From IMG/VR virus record IMGVR_UViG_2860823798_000002: a stretch of DNA of 64,000 bases; one strand, given 5' to 3'. Within the stretch, counting starts at the first letter, position 1. Each line of letters opens with the position of its first letter. The translations under genes were made by a program, and so were the position numbers. Positions 22,028 to 31,848 of the stretch are shown here, piece after piece. The notes beneath the pieces are model-generated. The model had not been told where the DNA came from, did not search any database, and worked only from the letters and a program-made list of their open reading frames with translations. Source of the stretch: an uncultured virus (IMG/VR IMGVR_UViG_2860823798_000002) (Duplodnaviria; Heunggongvirae; Uroviricota; Caudoviricetes).

Positions 22028-22486
22028 TTACTGTTTCTCTTTTTCCGATTTCACCTGTTCCAGTAAGCTCGTATATTGAGCTGCTCGGGATCGATGATCA
22101 CTACCATTTTTAATAACAAATATAAACACGAAGAAAATTAGGTATGATACCAGAATAAAGATCAATTGAAATTTTTCTTCATCTGTATAATAATTGAAAA
22201 TTTGAGTAAGCATAAAAACAGTTGCCGCAATTAAACTGGGAACTGTCTTCGAATTGTCGAAAGACTCCTCGATTTCTTTCATCCTTGCGATACCAAGTAT
22301 GACTGTATCTAAATCAAGCCGTCTAATTCGTTGAAGCTCGATTTTCTTGTTTTTGTTTGAACTATAACCAAAATAATCTCTAATGTATTTCTGTATTTCT
22401 TCATCAGGCCACGTTAGCAATACCTCTCCTAAATCTTCAGGCTCTTTTTTTAGTTTATTCCTTTTCCTAATCCACCATCTAAACAT
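22028..22486 (-). CDS. 2-TM membrane protein (paralog of 21000-21464)
   Basis: GAGGTG RBS; ends SLLEQVKSEKEKQ. Confidence 0.7.
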   Translation of the reverse strand: MFRWWIRKRNKLKKEPEDLGEVLLTWPDEEIQKYIRDYFGYSSNKNKKIELQRIRRLDLDTVILGIARMKEIEESFDNSKTVPSLIAATVFMLTQIFNYYTDEEKFQLIFILVSYLIFFVFIFVIKNGSDHRSRAAQYTSLLEQVKSEKEKQ

Positions 22487-22591
22487 CCCATCATTCACCT
22501 CGATCCTATTATCGGGCAAATGTGGAAAATTTTAAAGAGGGGATATGACAATGTGCTATACTTTACTTACCAAAATATTGGAGGTTGAACA

Positions 22592-22897
22592 TTGATGAAC
22601 TTCGATCCTGAGAAATTCAAGAAACTTCTTAATTCTGCGTCAAATCCTTCAAATCCAAAGGATACAAAAATAAAGAACTATTATGTGAATCAAGAGTATC
22701 AAGAGTTTGTATCTTTTGATATTGATTTTAAAAATGTAGACGTCGCCTTGCGTATTGCCGGACTTTTAGGAAAACACGCTACGAACTTTACAATAAACAC
22801 TTTGCATTTCCCTGACACAAACAAAATTGATTATATTCAATTTATAGTATTCAAAATTAATGACCCGGAACTTTTAGCTATCCTAGATCAAATATAA
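22592..22897 (+). CDS. hypothetical protein
   Basis: GGAGG RBS, 101 aa, terminator follows. Confidence 0.65.
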   Translation: MMNFDPEKFKKLLNSASNPSNPKDTKIKNYYVNQEYQEFVSFDIDFKNVDVALRIAGLLGKHATNFTINTLHFPDTNKIDYIQFIVFKINDPELLAILDQI

Positions 22898-22990
22898 AAA
22901 TAAAATCCCACTTAATGATAAGTGGGATTGGTTATTAATCGGTGCATCTCTGTAAGGATGCACTCTTAAAAAGCGATTAACATTTTTGTT
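22897..22990 (-). ncRNA. candidate sRNA downstream of PemK-like gene
   Basis: TTGACA-N17-TATTAT promoter (23025-22997), nested stems, 11-bp terminator hairpin 22904-22929, no meaningful ORF. Confidence 0.5.
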
Positions 22991-23033
22991 ACTATTATAA
23001 TACATCTAAGTTTTTATTTTGTCAATGGTTGTT

Positions 23034-23711
23034 TTAAACTTGATGGTTTTTTTCTTTTAAAACCTTTATTTCATCTCTTAGTTCAGCAATTTCTTGTTCC
23101 ATGTCATTGATTTTTTGATACTGTAAGCTATAAAGCAATGAAAAGGAAGTTTCAATTACTTCTTGAAAAATTGATCCCACTAAATAAATATCTTCATTCA
23201 AAGAGGATATCTTATTCAATAATCGCCCTTTACTTATAATCCTCAATTCATCCATTACAATAGCTGATTCAGATTCAAATCCATCAGCAGGAGTAACTCT
23301 CCTGTAACGTTTAAGTCCAGAAGGATTTGTTATTGGATGAAAAGCATCTTTCACTTTGTCAGGACTTGATGTAACAGGTAACACGATCAATTTGTTTTCA
23401 ATTTCATCGAGAATTAGAACAGGATGACAATAAGCAAATTCGAAATTTAGTCCTAAATCGGCTAAAAAGATTTCCCCTTGTTGTGGTGTTACTATATTGT
23501 TCCTTTCCTTATACTGATTAAACCGCCTTCTTTGAATCCAGTTCTGTAAGCTTTTTGTTATTTCTGACAGCTCATCTTCATTAACTTTATAAGAACAGTG
23601 ATTTACAAAGTTAAAAGATGTGAGGAGAAACTCTCTCCATACTTTTTCTGAATCAGAAGCCTTAATATTATTTGATAAATTGTTAAACTTGCTAAAATCA
23701 GGTTTAAGCAT
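23034..23711 (-). CDS. PemK/MazF-like endoribonuclease-fold protein
   Basis: QGEIFLADLG...HPVLIL...LIVLPVTS...MDELRIISKGRL. Confidence 0.8.
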   Translation of the reverse strand: MLKPDFSKFNNLSNNIKASDSEKVWREFLLTSFNFVNHCSYKVNEDELSEITKSLQNWIQRRRFNQYKERNNIVTPQQGEIFLADLGLNFEFAYCHPVLILDEIENKLIVLPVTSSPDKVKDAFHPITNPSGLKRYRRVTPADGFESESAIVMDELRIISKGRLLNKISSLNEDIYLVGSIFQEVIETSFSLLYSLQYQKINDMEQEIAELRDEIKVLKEKNHQV

Positions 23712-23848
23712 TTGATCCTCCCAAAACTTGATGAATAATCGATTCGACAGAATAGGAGGAAATACCTTCTTTTTTTACAAATTTTCATTTCACACAAAAG
23801 CAAAACCCCTTTAGGGAAGGGATCTTGATTTTGAATAAAAGAGTGATT

Positions 23849-24850
23849 TTACATAAATATTTGATTCTTCTCTTCTTTAAAATCGCGAAGATCATAGTGT
23901 TTGATTGTAGTGGAGACATCTTCGTGTTGAGCAATGTATTTGCTGACAAGTTCAATCTTGATTTTCTTGACTTCGAGTAAGTAGGTGATACAAGAGGCTT
24001 TAAAAAGGTGAGGGTTGATTCTGCGGCCAAGAATGTCTGACAAAACATCGGAGCAAAAATAATCAGCCCACGTTTCTGACATTTGCTTTGGTTGTCCACC
24101 GTAAGTAGTGGTAAAGAGGTATTCATGATCATACCCACGTTTTTCGTGCCACAGCTTTAAATATTTTAGAGCCTCTGTGTTGATCATATATTCCAACACT
24201 TTGCCTTCACCACTGCCTTTGCCAAATACTTTATGTGACAACACATATTGCTGCCCTTCTGGGATAGGGTAATCTAAAATTTCTGTCTTAAACTGTATGA
24301 TTTCAGCTCTTCTAGCACCTACATTAAAAGCCGTTGCAAGCCAGGCCATTCCTAAATAATTTTCATCTTCCTCAAGGGCTTTCATCATGGTTTGATAATC
24401 TTCATATGTAATTTTTACTTTCTCATAGGTGACTGTCTTAGGTATAGCAGGGAGGCCGCGGGTAAAGTTCCTGAATGTTTTATAATTGTCATCATCTTCA
24501 GCCACGACGTTTTCAATATAGTTATTTAAAGAAGAAACACCAGCTTTTTTTAGTGCGATACCACTGGAAGACATGCCTCTGTTTTTTAAGAAACTTTGGT
24601 ATCTAATGAAGTCACGCTTAGTGATCTTATACAGTTTCTTTCCATTTAAAGAATTATGTACCCACCAAAAGAATTGCCGAAGGGAAGAGGTGTATTGCTT
24701 TCTTGTTTTGTTACGGAATGAGTGAGCATCCAAGAATTCTTCTGTTAAATTTCTGTGCTCCTCATCAACCTGCCCCCACATCTTATCAGTAACATCAGGC
24801 AGCTTCTTTGCACGGGGGCGTATCATATTCTGTTTTATTTCTTTCGCCAT
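23849..24850 (-). CDS. yomM: tyrosine recombinase-family protein
   Basis: GARRAE, GKG, NPHLFK, QHEDVSTTIKHY; 333 aa from MAKEIKQ. Confidence 0.88.
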   Translation of the reverse strand: MAKEIKQNMIRPRAKKLPDVTDKMWGQVDEEHRNLTEEFLDAHSFRNKTRKQYTSSLRQFFWWVHNSLNGKKLYKITKRDFIRYQSFLKNRGMSSSGIALKKAGVSSLNNYIENVVAEDDDNYKTFRNFTRGLPAIPKTVTYEKVKITYEDYQTMMKALEEDENYLGMAWLATAFNVGARRAEIIQFKTEILDYPIPEGQQYVLSHKVFGKGSGEGKVLEYMINTEALKYLKLWHEKRGYDHEYLFTTTYGGQPKQMSETWADYFCSDVLSDILGRRINPHLFKASCITYLLEVKKIKIELVSKYIAQHEDVSTTIKHYDLRDFKEEKNQIFM

Positions 24851-24863
24851 TAATTCACCACCA

Positions 24864-25283
24864 CTATTTAATTGTTTTGTGCCCAAGTTTATTGATATCC
24901 TTGGTAACAGCTTCAATTAATCGACCATCCTTTAAAGCTTCAGCAGTGTTGGCCATAAGCGGCCGAGGTTTACCGTATCCATAACCATATGTATCAGGAT
25001 AGGTATAACCTTCACCAGTTTCAACAACAGTTGCAACATCACGGCCTTCGTCTTCTCGAATGTTATCTAATGAGAGCCCGTTAGCTTCATTTTCAGTTAC
25101 AAAGGAATTTTTCAGCTCGTGAGTTCTTTCATAAACTAGGGGATTGTACACGTCGTAAACATCAGTTTCTACATGTTCTTGCCCAGTCTTGATTAACGTT
25201 TGCTTAGTGCTGCTATTTGATTGCTGGATGGCCTTTAAAGCTTCTGTTTGCACTAAAACGGCGAGATCTTTATAAGTCGCCAT
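24864..25283 (-). CDS. yomN: tail completion/neck-type protein
   Basis: Synteny; 139 aa from MATYKDL; KPRPLM motif. Confidence 0.7.
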   Translation of the reverse strand: MATYKDLAVLVQTEALKAIQQSNSSTKQTLIKTGQEHVETDVYDVYNPLVYERTHELKNSFVTENEANGLSLDNIREDEGRDVATVVETGEGYTYPDTYGYGYGKPRPLMANTAEALKDGRLIEAVTKDINKLGHKTIK

Positions 25284-25284
25284 T

Positions 25285-25773
25285 TTAGCTGTCCTCTTGA
25301 GTAAGCTCTTCAACTTTTCTTAGAATATCTTCATTGGCTTCTAGTGAATCTACAAATTCCTTACTCTGTTGAGCAATTTTTGCAACGTTTAGAGCTGTTT
25401 TATCAATTCTTTGCAAACTTTCTTTAGGGAATGACTCGTAAATCTTAGAAGCGAAATCCGATTTTGCAATTTCCTCGAACATTTTTAGTTTATCTGTAAG
25501 TTTTTTAGGGAATTCTGCAATATCACTAAATTCGATAATTGTATACACATAAAGTAAGTCACCTGGGCTAAGTTCTGTTTTAACACCTTTTTTATTTTTA
25601 ATATCCGTGAAATCCCGAATTAAAGATTTAAACATCTTCATAATTCTTGAAGAGTCAAAATTCGGATAAATATAAGTATGATATTGATCATTCAATTCAA
25701 TTCTCTGCTTCTCATTGTATTTCTTATTATCCTCTTTAATATGACTAAGCGTTAATTTTTGTGTTGTCATCAT
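25285..25773 (-). CDS. yomO: putative tail assembly chaperone
   Basis: Synteny and size. Confidence 0.65.
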   Translation of the reverse strand: MMTTQKLTLSHIKEDNKKYNEKQRIELNDQYHTYIYPNFDSSRIMKMFKSLIRDFTDIKNKKGVKTELSPGDLLYVYTIIEFSDIAEFPKKLTDKLKMFEEIAKSDFASKIYESFPKESLQRIDKTALNVAKIAQQSKEFVDSLEANEDILRKVEELTQEDS

Positions 25774-25808
25774 ATTTCCTCCTTATAAACCCAAAATAAA
25801 AACACCTA

Positions 25809-26000
25809 TTAAGGTGTTACGGACATTCCTAAATCCACACTGACATTAATGAATGGCTTATCATAACTCCTGCCTGTTATTTCTTCATACTCTTCAGGGG
25901 TAATGTGCCCCCACTCAACATAGTCTCTCATAATAGAGTCGTCTTCATAGCAGCCCCAATCATAGAACTGTTTGATTGTGGTGTAATCAGGATATTTCAT
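25809..26000 (-). CDS. yomP: XkdX family protein
   Basis: IKQFYDWGCY...ITPEEYEEITG. Confidence 0.9.
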   Translation of the reverse strand: MKYPDYTTIKQFYDWGCYEDDSIMRDYVEWGHITPEEYEEITGRSYDKPFINVSVDLGMSVTP

Positions 26001-26323
26001 GACGATCCACCACTTAGTTCAGCAACAGCCTTCTGTAGTTTTGCTATTTCATAAGTAAGTATTGCATTCTGTTTCTTTAAGAGGTCAATGGGGTCTGGCT
26101 CTGATTCTGTCGGTGGATGTAATGCATTAATGTAATCCTGATCAGCGCTTTCTTTCCATGTTTGTTCAGCGGGATAAAATTTCGCTATATAGAGGCCAGG
26201 AGGGGGTTCAATATCAGTCCATCCATCTGGAACTGTATAATTTCCACTCTGATCGGGTGCAAGAACATCATTTTCGATCAACAAATAAGTTTTCGGATCA
26301 TATTTAAATATGTTTTTCAGCAT
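25997..26323 (-). CDS. yomQ: tail fibre assembly/XkdW-like protein
   Basis: WTDIEPPPGLYIAKF...WKE; position between fibre and XkdX. Confidence 0.7.
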   Translation of the reverse strand: MLKNIFKYDPKTYLLIENDVLAPDQSGNYTVPDGWTDIEPPPGLYIAKFYPAEQTWKESADQDYINALHPPTESEPDPIDLLKKQNAILTYEIAKLQKAVAELSGGSS

Positions 26324-26335
26324 TTTAATCTTCTC

Positions 26336-27964
26336 CTAAAGAGGAATTACTTCATCTAAACCGTAAGATGTAATGTTCTCAAGTTTATCTGAAATTTGAC
26401 CTTCTAGCCTCATATCGCCATTTGTTTCGATATATAGCTTTGTCATACCAGTAGTTCCGTAAATAGGGACTATTTTGCAGCGGAGTTTGGATGGCCTGTA
26501 CGATGCAGGGAGTGTGCCAAACACTGTTCCTCTTGTAGCGATAATTTCTCCTTCCAATAATAAAAGGCCGCCAATTGTTGAACATCTTACTCTTCTGTCT
26601 CCGTGTTTTGCTCCATTTTTTAATGGAACATCAGTCCAAGTTGGTTCAATTTCACTTGATGTTACAACACGCTTCCAGCCTTTGAAAACTCCGTCTGTGT
26701 GAACAGTGCTATGCCAAATCGTATTGTCGTAACTTCTCCAAGCATATATTGTTTTTCTTCCTTGATCAGTCTCAACTACATCGTAGTTAAACCACGAGCT
26801 ATCGTTAGCTGTTGGATTGTTTTGGACTACATGTCCAGGAGCAAAATAAAAACCAGAAGGTAACGTTAATAGGTCTGTCCCATCTGCCAATTTAGTGCGC
26901 TTTCCGTCGTCACTAATAAATTTGTATATTTGTGCATTGCTCCATCTTGTACGTTCGGAAGCAGTCAAATGAACTGTTTTATTGTTTGCGTGAGCATCAA
27001 CTTTAGCCTGTGCTCCCCCTGAAGTTTCAAGCACTTCCCAATCAGACCAATTTCCATTAGAGAGCGTTTTTCGATAGGTTTTATTTGCGTTATCAAACGC
27101 AATGACTTGGCCGTGAGTTCCATTAGAATTACAAGTCCAAATTCCTCTGACAGCCACACCAGGACTGTTTCCTGCACTCGGATGAGATGTAAAATGAACA
27201 AATCCTTTATATTTCAGCAGCAGTTCATGAAAATCATCAGTTTGATTAACGTAGAATAGTTGCTGTCCATCATTGTTTGTGATTTTAAAAAGCTGGCTTG
27301 CATTCCATTTTTCACGTTCTTCAGCAGTTATATGTTTAATTAAATCAGCGGTATGTAAATCAAACTCTGCTTTAGTTGCTTGTTCCTCGTTTGTCACATT
27401 CCCTAAACCGATTTGGTCTTTTGTTACGGAATGCGGATTAGTTTTATCATTTACATGAGCGTCTGTATAATTTTTCGCTAATTTCAGCGCATCATCTACA
27501 TCAGAAGAGGAGGGGACTGTAATGAATTCTGTCCAGCCAGTGGAAGGGTACCAATGACGAAGATAAATCCTTGGATCATTTCGATTTCCGGCATTAAAGA
27601 AAAATTGCGCAAATCGGTATTTGGTAGCCTTAACATTCAAACACTCACCGTACTTACTAGGATATCCAACCGCACTACCTGCGAGATTAAAAGTTGAAAT
27701 TCCAAAAGGGTAGCTATCTCCAGGGTATGAAGCGTCTTGATATGGTGTAGGATCATTAATAATTGTCACCTGTTCAGTAGTTACTTCATGCGGATTAGCT
27801 TTATTGTTAATATGGTAATTCACCAAATCAGAAAACTTTTCAACTTCACCTTTGATCTCTTTCTCGGTGTCCAAAGTGTGTTTTTCCAGTTTGGAAAGAT
27901 TCCCTTTTAAATTCTCAATTTTTATTTCATTTTCTTTATTCTGTGCTCTAGAGAGGTTATCCAT
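26336..27964 (-). CDS. yomR: tail fibre / receptor-binding protein with repeated knob domains
   Basis: H.N.K.NPH.VT..Q repeats and three knob-like modules each ending W..W. Confidence 0.8.
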   Translation of the reverse strand: MDNLSRAQNKENEIKIENLKGNLSKLEKHTLDTEKEIKGEVEKFSDLVNYHINNKANPHEVTTEQVTIINDPTPYQDASYPGDSYPFGISTFNLAGSAVGYPSKYGECLNVKATKYRFAQFFFNAGNRNDPRIYLRHWYPSTGWTEFITVPSSSDVDDALKLAKNYTDAHVNDKTNPHSVTKDQIGLGNVTNEEQATKAEFDLHTADLIKHITAEEREKWNASQLFKITNNDGQQLFYVNQTDDFHELLLKYKGFVHFTSHPSAGNSPGVAVRGIWTCNSNGTHGQVIAFDNANKTYRKTLSNGNWSDWEVLETSGGAQAKVDAHANNKTVHLTASERTRWSNAQIYKFISDDGKRTKLADGTDLLTLPSGFYFAPGHVVQNNPTANDSSWFNYDVVETDQGRKTIYAWRSYDNTIWHSTVHTDGVFKGWKRVVTSSEIEPTWTDVPLKNGAKHGDRRVRCSTIGGLLLLEGEIIATRGTVFGTLPASYRPSKLRCKIVPIYGTTGMTKLYIETNGDMRLEGQISDKLENITSYGLDEVIPL

Positions 27965-27966
27965 CG

Positions 27967-28332
27967 CTATGTCACCGCATTTCCCTTAATGGTAAGTGAA
28001 CCACCATTGATCTTGGAAATTTCAAATAGAATTGCGGTTTTCCCGGCGACATCAAACTCCCATATTTCATCAATTCCCAGAGTGCTTGCGCCAAACATGT
28101 GATTAGAGGAGTTTATTCCTTCTAGGATAATTTTTTTCCCATCCTGTGTAACGCTATAAAATTTAACTTCTCTTGAAGTACAGTCGCCTGTAATTTCAAT
28201 AGTAAGTGTGCGATGAGCACCCACAATAAGTTTTTCACCTTCACTTGGTTCAGTTACAGAATCGTGGAAGACGAAAGGAGTGATTTGAGGTTCGACTTTT
28301 CGCGGTAGTGTTTTATAATCGCAAACTGACAC
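27967..28332 (-). CDS. yomS: virion-associated protein
   Basis: Synteny, 121 aa, beta-rich. Confidence 0.65.
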   Translation of the reverse strand: MSVCDYKTLPRKVEPQITPFVFHDSVTEPSEGEKLIVGAHRTLTIEITGDCTSREVKFYSVTQDGKKIILEGINSSNHMFGASTLGIDEIWEFDVAGKTAILFEISKINGGSLTIKGNAVT

Positions 28333-28440
28333 TAGAAACCTCCTTACATAAATTTTCTTAATAAAACACGCATTTTATTTGTATAAAAAAGAAGAGGGGA
28401 ATCCCCCTCATAATCTTTATTAATTAGATATTATTTTTGG

Positions 28441-28833
28441 TTAGCTGGATGCTTGGCTGCCTTTTAATTCATCAATTTGTTTTTGTAAATCATCGAACTT
28501 AGCCTTAACTTCGCTGTTTAAGTTAACGAGCAAGACGCTGCCGGTTCCAATGTTGTTACTTCTGACAATATTGTCACCAAGCATTTCATGAGTAATGCTT
28601 TTTTCTTCAATGACAGCAGGATCGCCTTTGTCACCTTTATCACCTTTTGGTCCCGGTTCACCCTTGTCACCTTTATCGCCTTTTGGCCCCGGCTCGCCTT
28701 GCATTCCTTTAATGTATAAAGGGTTCTCTTCACTGTTGTTTTTTAAATAAACAGCCGTTACTGGTTTTCCTGTGCCATCATTTTCTGCAGATGTAAATAC
28801 TCCATTACTTTCATTTAGAAATTGTTCAGCCAT
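28441..28833 (-). CDS. collagen-like repeat protein
   Basis: (GEPGPKGDKGDK)x2 Gly-X-Y run, C-terminal coiled coil. Confidence 0.85.
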   Translation of the reverse strand: MAEQFLNESNGVFTSAENDGTGKPVTAVYLKNNSEENPLYIKGMQGEPGPKGDKGDKGEPGPKGDKGDKGDPAVIEEKSITHEMLGDNIVRSNNIGTGSVLLVNLNSEVKAKFDDLQKQIDELKGSQASS

Positions 28834-28872
28834 AATAGAATCTCTCCTTATTTTTGTTTTAGATTTTGATTA

Positions 28873-29706
28873 TTAGTCACCAATGTCTACAGACTTTGTT
28901 TGAGTTCCTGTGTCTGATCCTGGATCTGGAGTAGGTTCTGGTTGCTCAGGCTCGGGAGAAGGTTGGGTATCATCAATAGGATTTCCATCTTCATCGACTG
29001 GAATTTGGAGGACTCGTCCCATTTTCCCCGAACCTCTTTTCGCTGTTGCTTCAAACTTCAATTCAGGAGTGAGAGCAGTTCCGTTTTCAAGTGACATATC
29101 AAACTCACCTGAAGGAGTAACATTATCGAATTGAAAGTATAAATAGTTAATTACTTGATTAGTATCTGGATCGTATTCAATTGTTCGGTATTCAATTTCA
29201 TACTTCTCAGAGAACTTATCAGAGGCAATTTCCATAGAGCGACCTTTCACTTCTTCTTTGTAAATTGCAAGCAGTTCATCACCAGGTTTCGCGAACTCTT
29301 CTGGAACTGTAACCGTTTTGTCCTCTGCTTCAAGTGTAATTGAATTTCCTTTAGCGTCTTGAAGGGTAACTAATCCAATCGGCTCCCTTGTCACGGCAAC
29401 CTCACCAATATCTGAAACAATAAGATCATAATCAGTTTTGTAGACGTTAAATGTTCCTTTTTCAATTTCAACACCTTGAGACATAGCCAACCATTCAAGG
29501 TCAAACAGCGCATTTTTTAGATTCAGAGTAATTTCTTTATCAGATCGAAGGATGGCAATTGTTCTGTTTCCAATACCACCCTTTAGCTTATCTTGGGTAA
29601 CTGCTTGCGAAAATCCAGCAATTTGGGCTTCCGCAGTAGCAACCAAATGGCCATCACGTTTTCTTTTTAGAATAACGTCAGCCGTATCGTTAATAACTGT
29701 TTTCAT
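28873..29706 (-). CDS. yomU: major tail tube protein
   Basis: Synteny, size, tube-like beta-rich sequence with Pro/Glu-rich C-terminal tail. Confidence 0.75.
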   Translation of the reverse strand: MKTVINDTADVILKRKRDGHLVATAEAQIAGFSQAVTQDKLKGGIGNRTIAILRSDKEITLNLKNALFDLEWLAMSQGVEIEKGTFNVYKTDYDLIVSDIGEVAVTREPIGLVTLQDAKGNSITLEAEDKTVTVPEEFAKPGDELLAIYKEEVKGRSMEIASDKFSEKYEIEYRTIEYDPDTNQVINYLYFQFDNVTPSGEFDMSLENGTALTPELKFEATAKRGSGKMGRVLQIPVDEDGNPIDDTQPSPEPEQPEPTPDPGSDTGTQTKSVDIGD

Positions 29707-29737
29707 TAATTAAATTCCTCCTAATAAAAAAAGCAGC

Positions 29738-30448
29738 CTAGTGGCTGCTTGAGATCATTTTAGAAATATTTTCTGCTTCTTTTTTAGAAAGAGTGTGGTT
29801 ATCATCTTCAAATATCTCTATGTCTTTGCTCCAATCCTCTATGTTTTTAGCGTGATCGGGATCTACAGTTGCAAAAAGGGTGGAGGTGTCATATTTCTTT
29901 AATAAAGCTATTCTTAAGAAAGTCATGTAAACTTGATAAATAGTCCAATTAACAATCTTTTCATAATCACTAGAACCAAAAGCGACGATGCTTGAGATCA
30001 TGTTTGTCAAATTAAGCTCTGAGGACTCTAGGCTTTTAAGTCGCTTGCTTCGTTCTATTGCCTTTTGGATAATGGGGTTTGGGTTGATTTTTTCTTCTTT
30101 CAATAAATTCATATCTAAAATCAATTTTCGTATTTCAGTAAAATTGTCCTGAGTAACTTTTTCAAGAATTCCTTCGTCATTAAACATTTTACTTAATACT
30201 TTATGATAGGCTTCTGTAAATAAGGGGAGCTGCGTAACAACTTCAAATAATGTAAGTTTCTTTACTTCCTTGGAAGACTCAGTTTGATTTGCGGAAAACA
30301 GGCTATATGCGATTTCATCCCTACTCATTCTGACAAGGTTAAGATATTGAGCGAACTTGTAATAATCCTTTATTTTAATGAAATGACAATCTCCAATCGA
30401 AGTTTCAATTGGTAAGCCTAATATGTAAAAGTCTCGTAAATCATTCAT
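29738..30448 (-). CDS. yomV: tail morphogenesis protein
   Basis: Synteny, 236 aa. Confidence 0.7.
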   Translation of the reverse strand: MNDLRDFYILGLPIETSIGDCHFIKIKDYYKFAQYLNLVRMSRDEIAYSLFSANQTESSKEVKKLTLFEVVTQLPLFTEAYHKVLSKMFNDEGILEKVTQDNFTEIRKLILDMNLLKEEKINPNPIIQKAIERSKRLKSLESSELNLTNMISSIVAFGSSDYEKIVNWTIYQVYMTFLRIALLKKYDTSTLFATVDPDHAKNIEDWSKDIEIFEDDNHTLSKKEAENISKMISSSH

Positions 30449-30975
30449 TTCATTGCTCCAAATGTGAAAATCATTTTATAACCCAAATAACCAGCAGGAG
30501 GGTTTGCAATCAGCATTCTTTTCGGAGCTAAAGCCTTTCCGAAGCCAGCGATATTTTTATTGAAGAGAAGCGCAGATAATCTGTCCAAAATTTTCAATGA
30601 CCTGAATTCATTTTCTTCATATGTCTCGATATGAGTGTAGACATCAATGTGAAGGTCTTGATCCATAAGCAAATAGCTTTGATTAGAGGGCTTTGATAAA
30701 CCACTTCCCAGATACATGCAGACTCTGCAGATTGGTGTGTCAGTGATATCGTCAGTTTTCGGAGCTCTTTTGAAGATCGTATTAAAAATAGGGGGGACAA
30801 TGCGGGAGTTACCATTCTCTTCAACAGTAGTTTCAACATAATATCCTTCTAAATCCTGAACATCTGGGAGTTCAGGGGAGAGGGGAGTGTCCTTATAATA
30901 TAGAAGCCTGTTGAGATCTGAATCGTCAATCAATGTTCTGAAAATCTTGGTCATGTGTTCGACCATGTTACTCAT
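30445..30975 (-). CDS. yomW: tail terminator-like protein
   Basis: Synteny, size. Confidence 0.65.
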   Translation of the reverse strand: MSNMVEHMTKIFRTLIDDSDLNRLLYYKDTPLSPELPDVQDLEGYYVETTVEENGNSRIVPPIFNTIFKRAPKTDDITDTPICRVCMYLGSGLSKPSNQSYLLMDQDLHIDVYTHIETYEENEFRSLKILDRLSALLFNKNIAGFGKALAPKRMLIANPPAGYLGYKMIFTFGAMK

Positions 30976-31631
30976 GCACTGTCTTCACCTCGGACTTTCT
31001 TTTTGGCAATTAATTTTATTGTGCCATGATCTTCATAAACTTTAGAATAATCAATATCATTAACAAGATAATCCTCACCGAAAAATGAGAGAGCGAGTCC
31101 AATTTTAATTTTGTCATTTTTTACGTTTGGAATTGTAATGTTTGCTTGTCCATCAGGAAGGTTGACGGCTAGATCAGTCCCATTTATAGATGTTGAACGC
31201 TCAAAAACACATGGGATTTCAATAACTTCTCCAGGGACTTTAGTTTTGATTGGTTTACCAGTAACTTCGCTTATTTTGTCTGAATCAATCCATCTGTCAT
31301 TTGTAGTTATCTTTATTGAGGAGTTACACAGCCTAATTTCAGCCTTTTTATAAATTTTATTAAAGCTTGGGAAAGTAGTGATTAGCCACTTTTGACTGTC
31401 CCAGTTGACGACTCCTCCAATATAAATATCTTCGGGCAGTCCAAGAATGTATTTAGTCATTCCATCACCATTTGAAAACTTCGAAGTAATCAAACATGTT
31501 ACTGATTCTTTTTCATCAATTGATACAGTCTCTGACTGAAAACCCTTCAAACCAGCCTGAAAAATTAATTTCCCATCATGTTCAATCTTTTTATTAACGT
31601 CGATCTGATGGTAATTTTTAAAGTCTTTCAT
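30972..31631 (-). CDS. yomX: head-tail joining protein
   Basis: Synteny, size. Confidence 0.65.
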   Translation of the reverse strand: MKDFKNYHQIDVNKKIEHDGKLIFQAGLKGFQSETVSIDEKESVTCLITSKFSNGDGMTKYILGLPEDIYIGGVVNWDSQKWLITTFPSFNKIYKKAEIRLCNSSIKITTNDRWIDSDKISEVTGKPIKTKVPGEVIEIPCVFERSTSINGTDLAVNLPDGQANITIPNVKNDKIKIGLALSFFGEDYLVNDIDYSKVYEDHGTIKLIAKKKVRGEDSA

Positions 31632-31848
31632 CTAAATCACCAGATAGGGATTGACCTAATCTTACGATTTCAGCACTCACGTCCAAAATGATTTCACGAA
31701 TTTCAACTAGTTCTATATCAGACAGCATTTTTTTATTTAAATATTGCTCTACTTTATAAAGAACAGAGTTGTTTTTCTTACTTAGTCTTATGCAGTGTTC
31801 TTGTAAAGAGGAGGGGACTTGTCCTTCATTAATGTATTTTTCTCTCAT
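31618..31848 (-). CDS. yomY: hypothetical protein
   Basis: Synteny, coupled overlaps. Confidence 0.6.
   Translation of the reverse strand: MREKYINEGQVPSSLQEHCIRLSKKNNSVLYKVEQYLNKKMLSDIELVEIREIILDVSAEIVRLGQSLSGDLDERL

Noticed and set aside
28621..28700. DNA tandem repeat
   Set aside because: Simply encodes the collagen Gly-X-Y repeats
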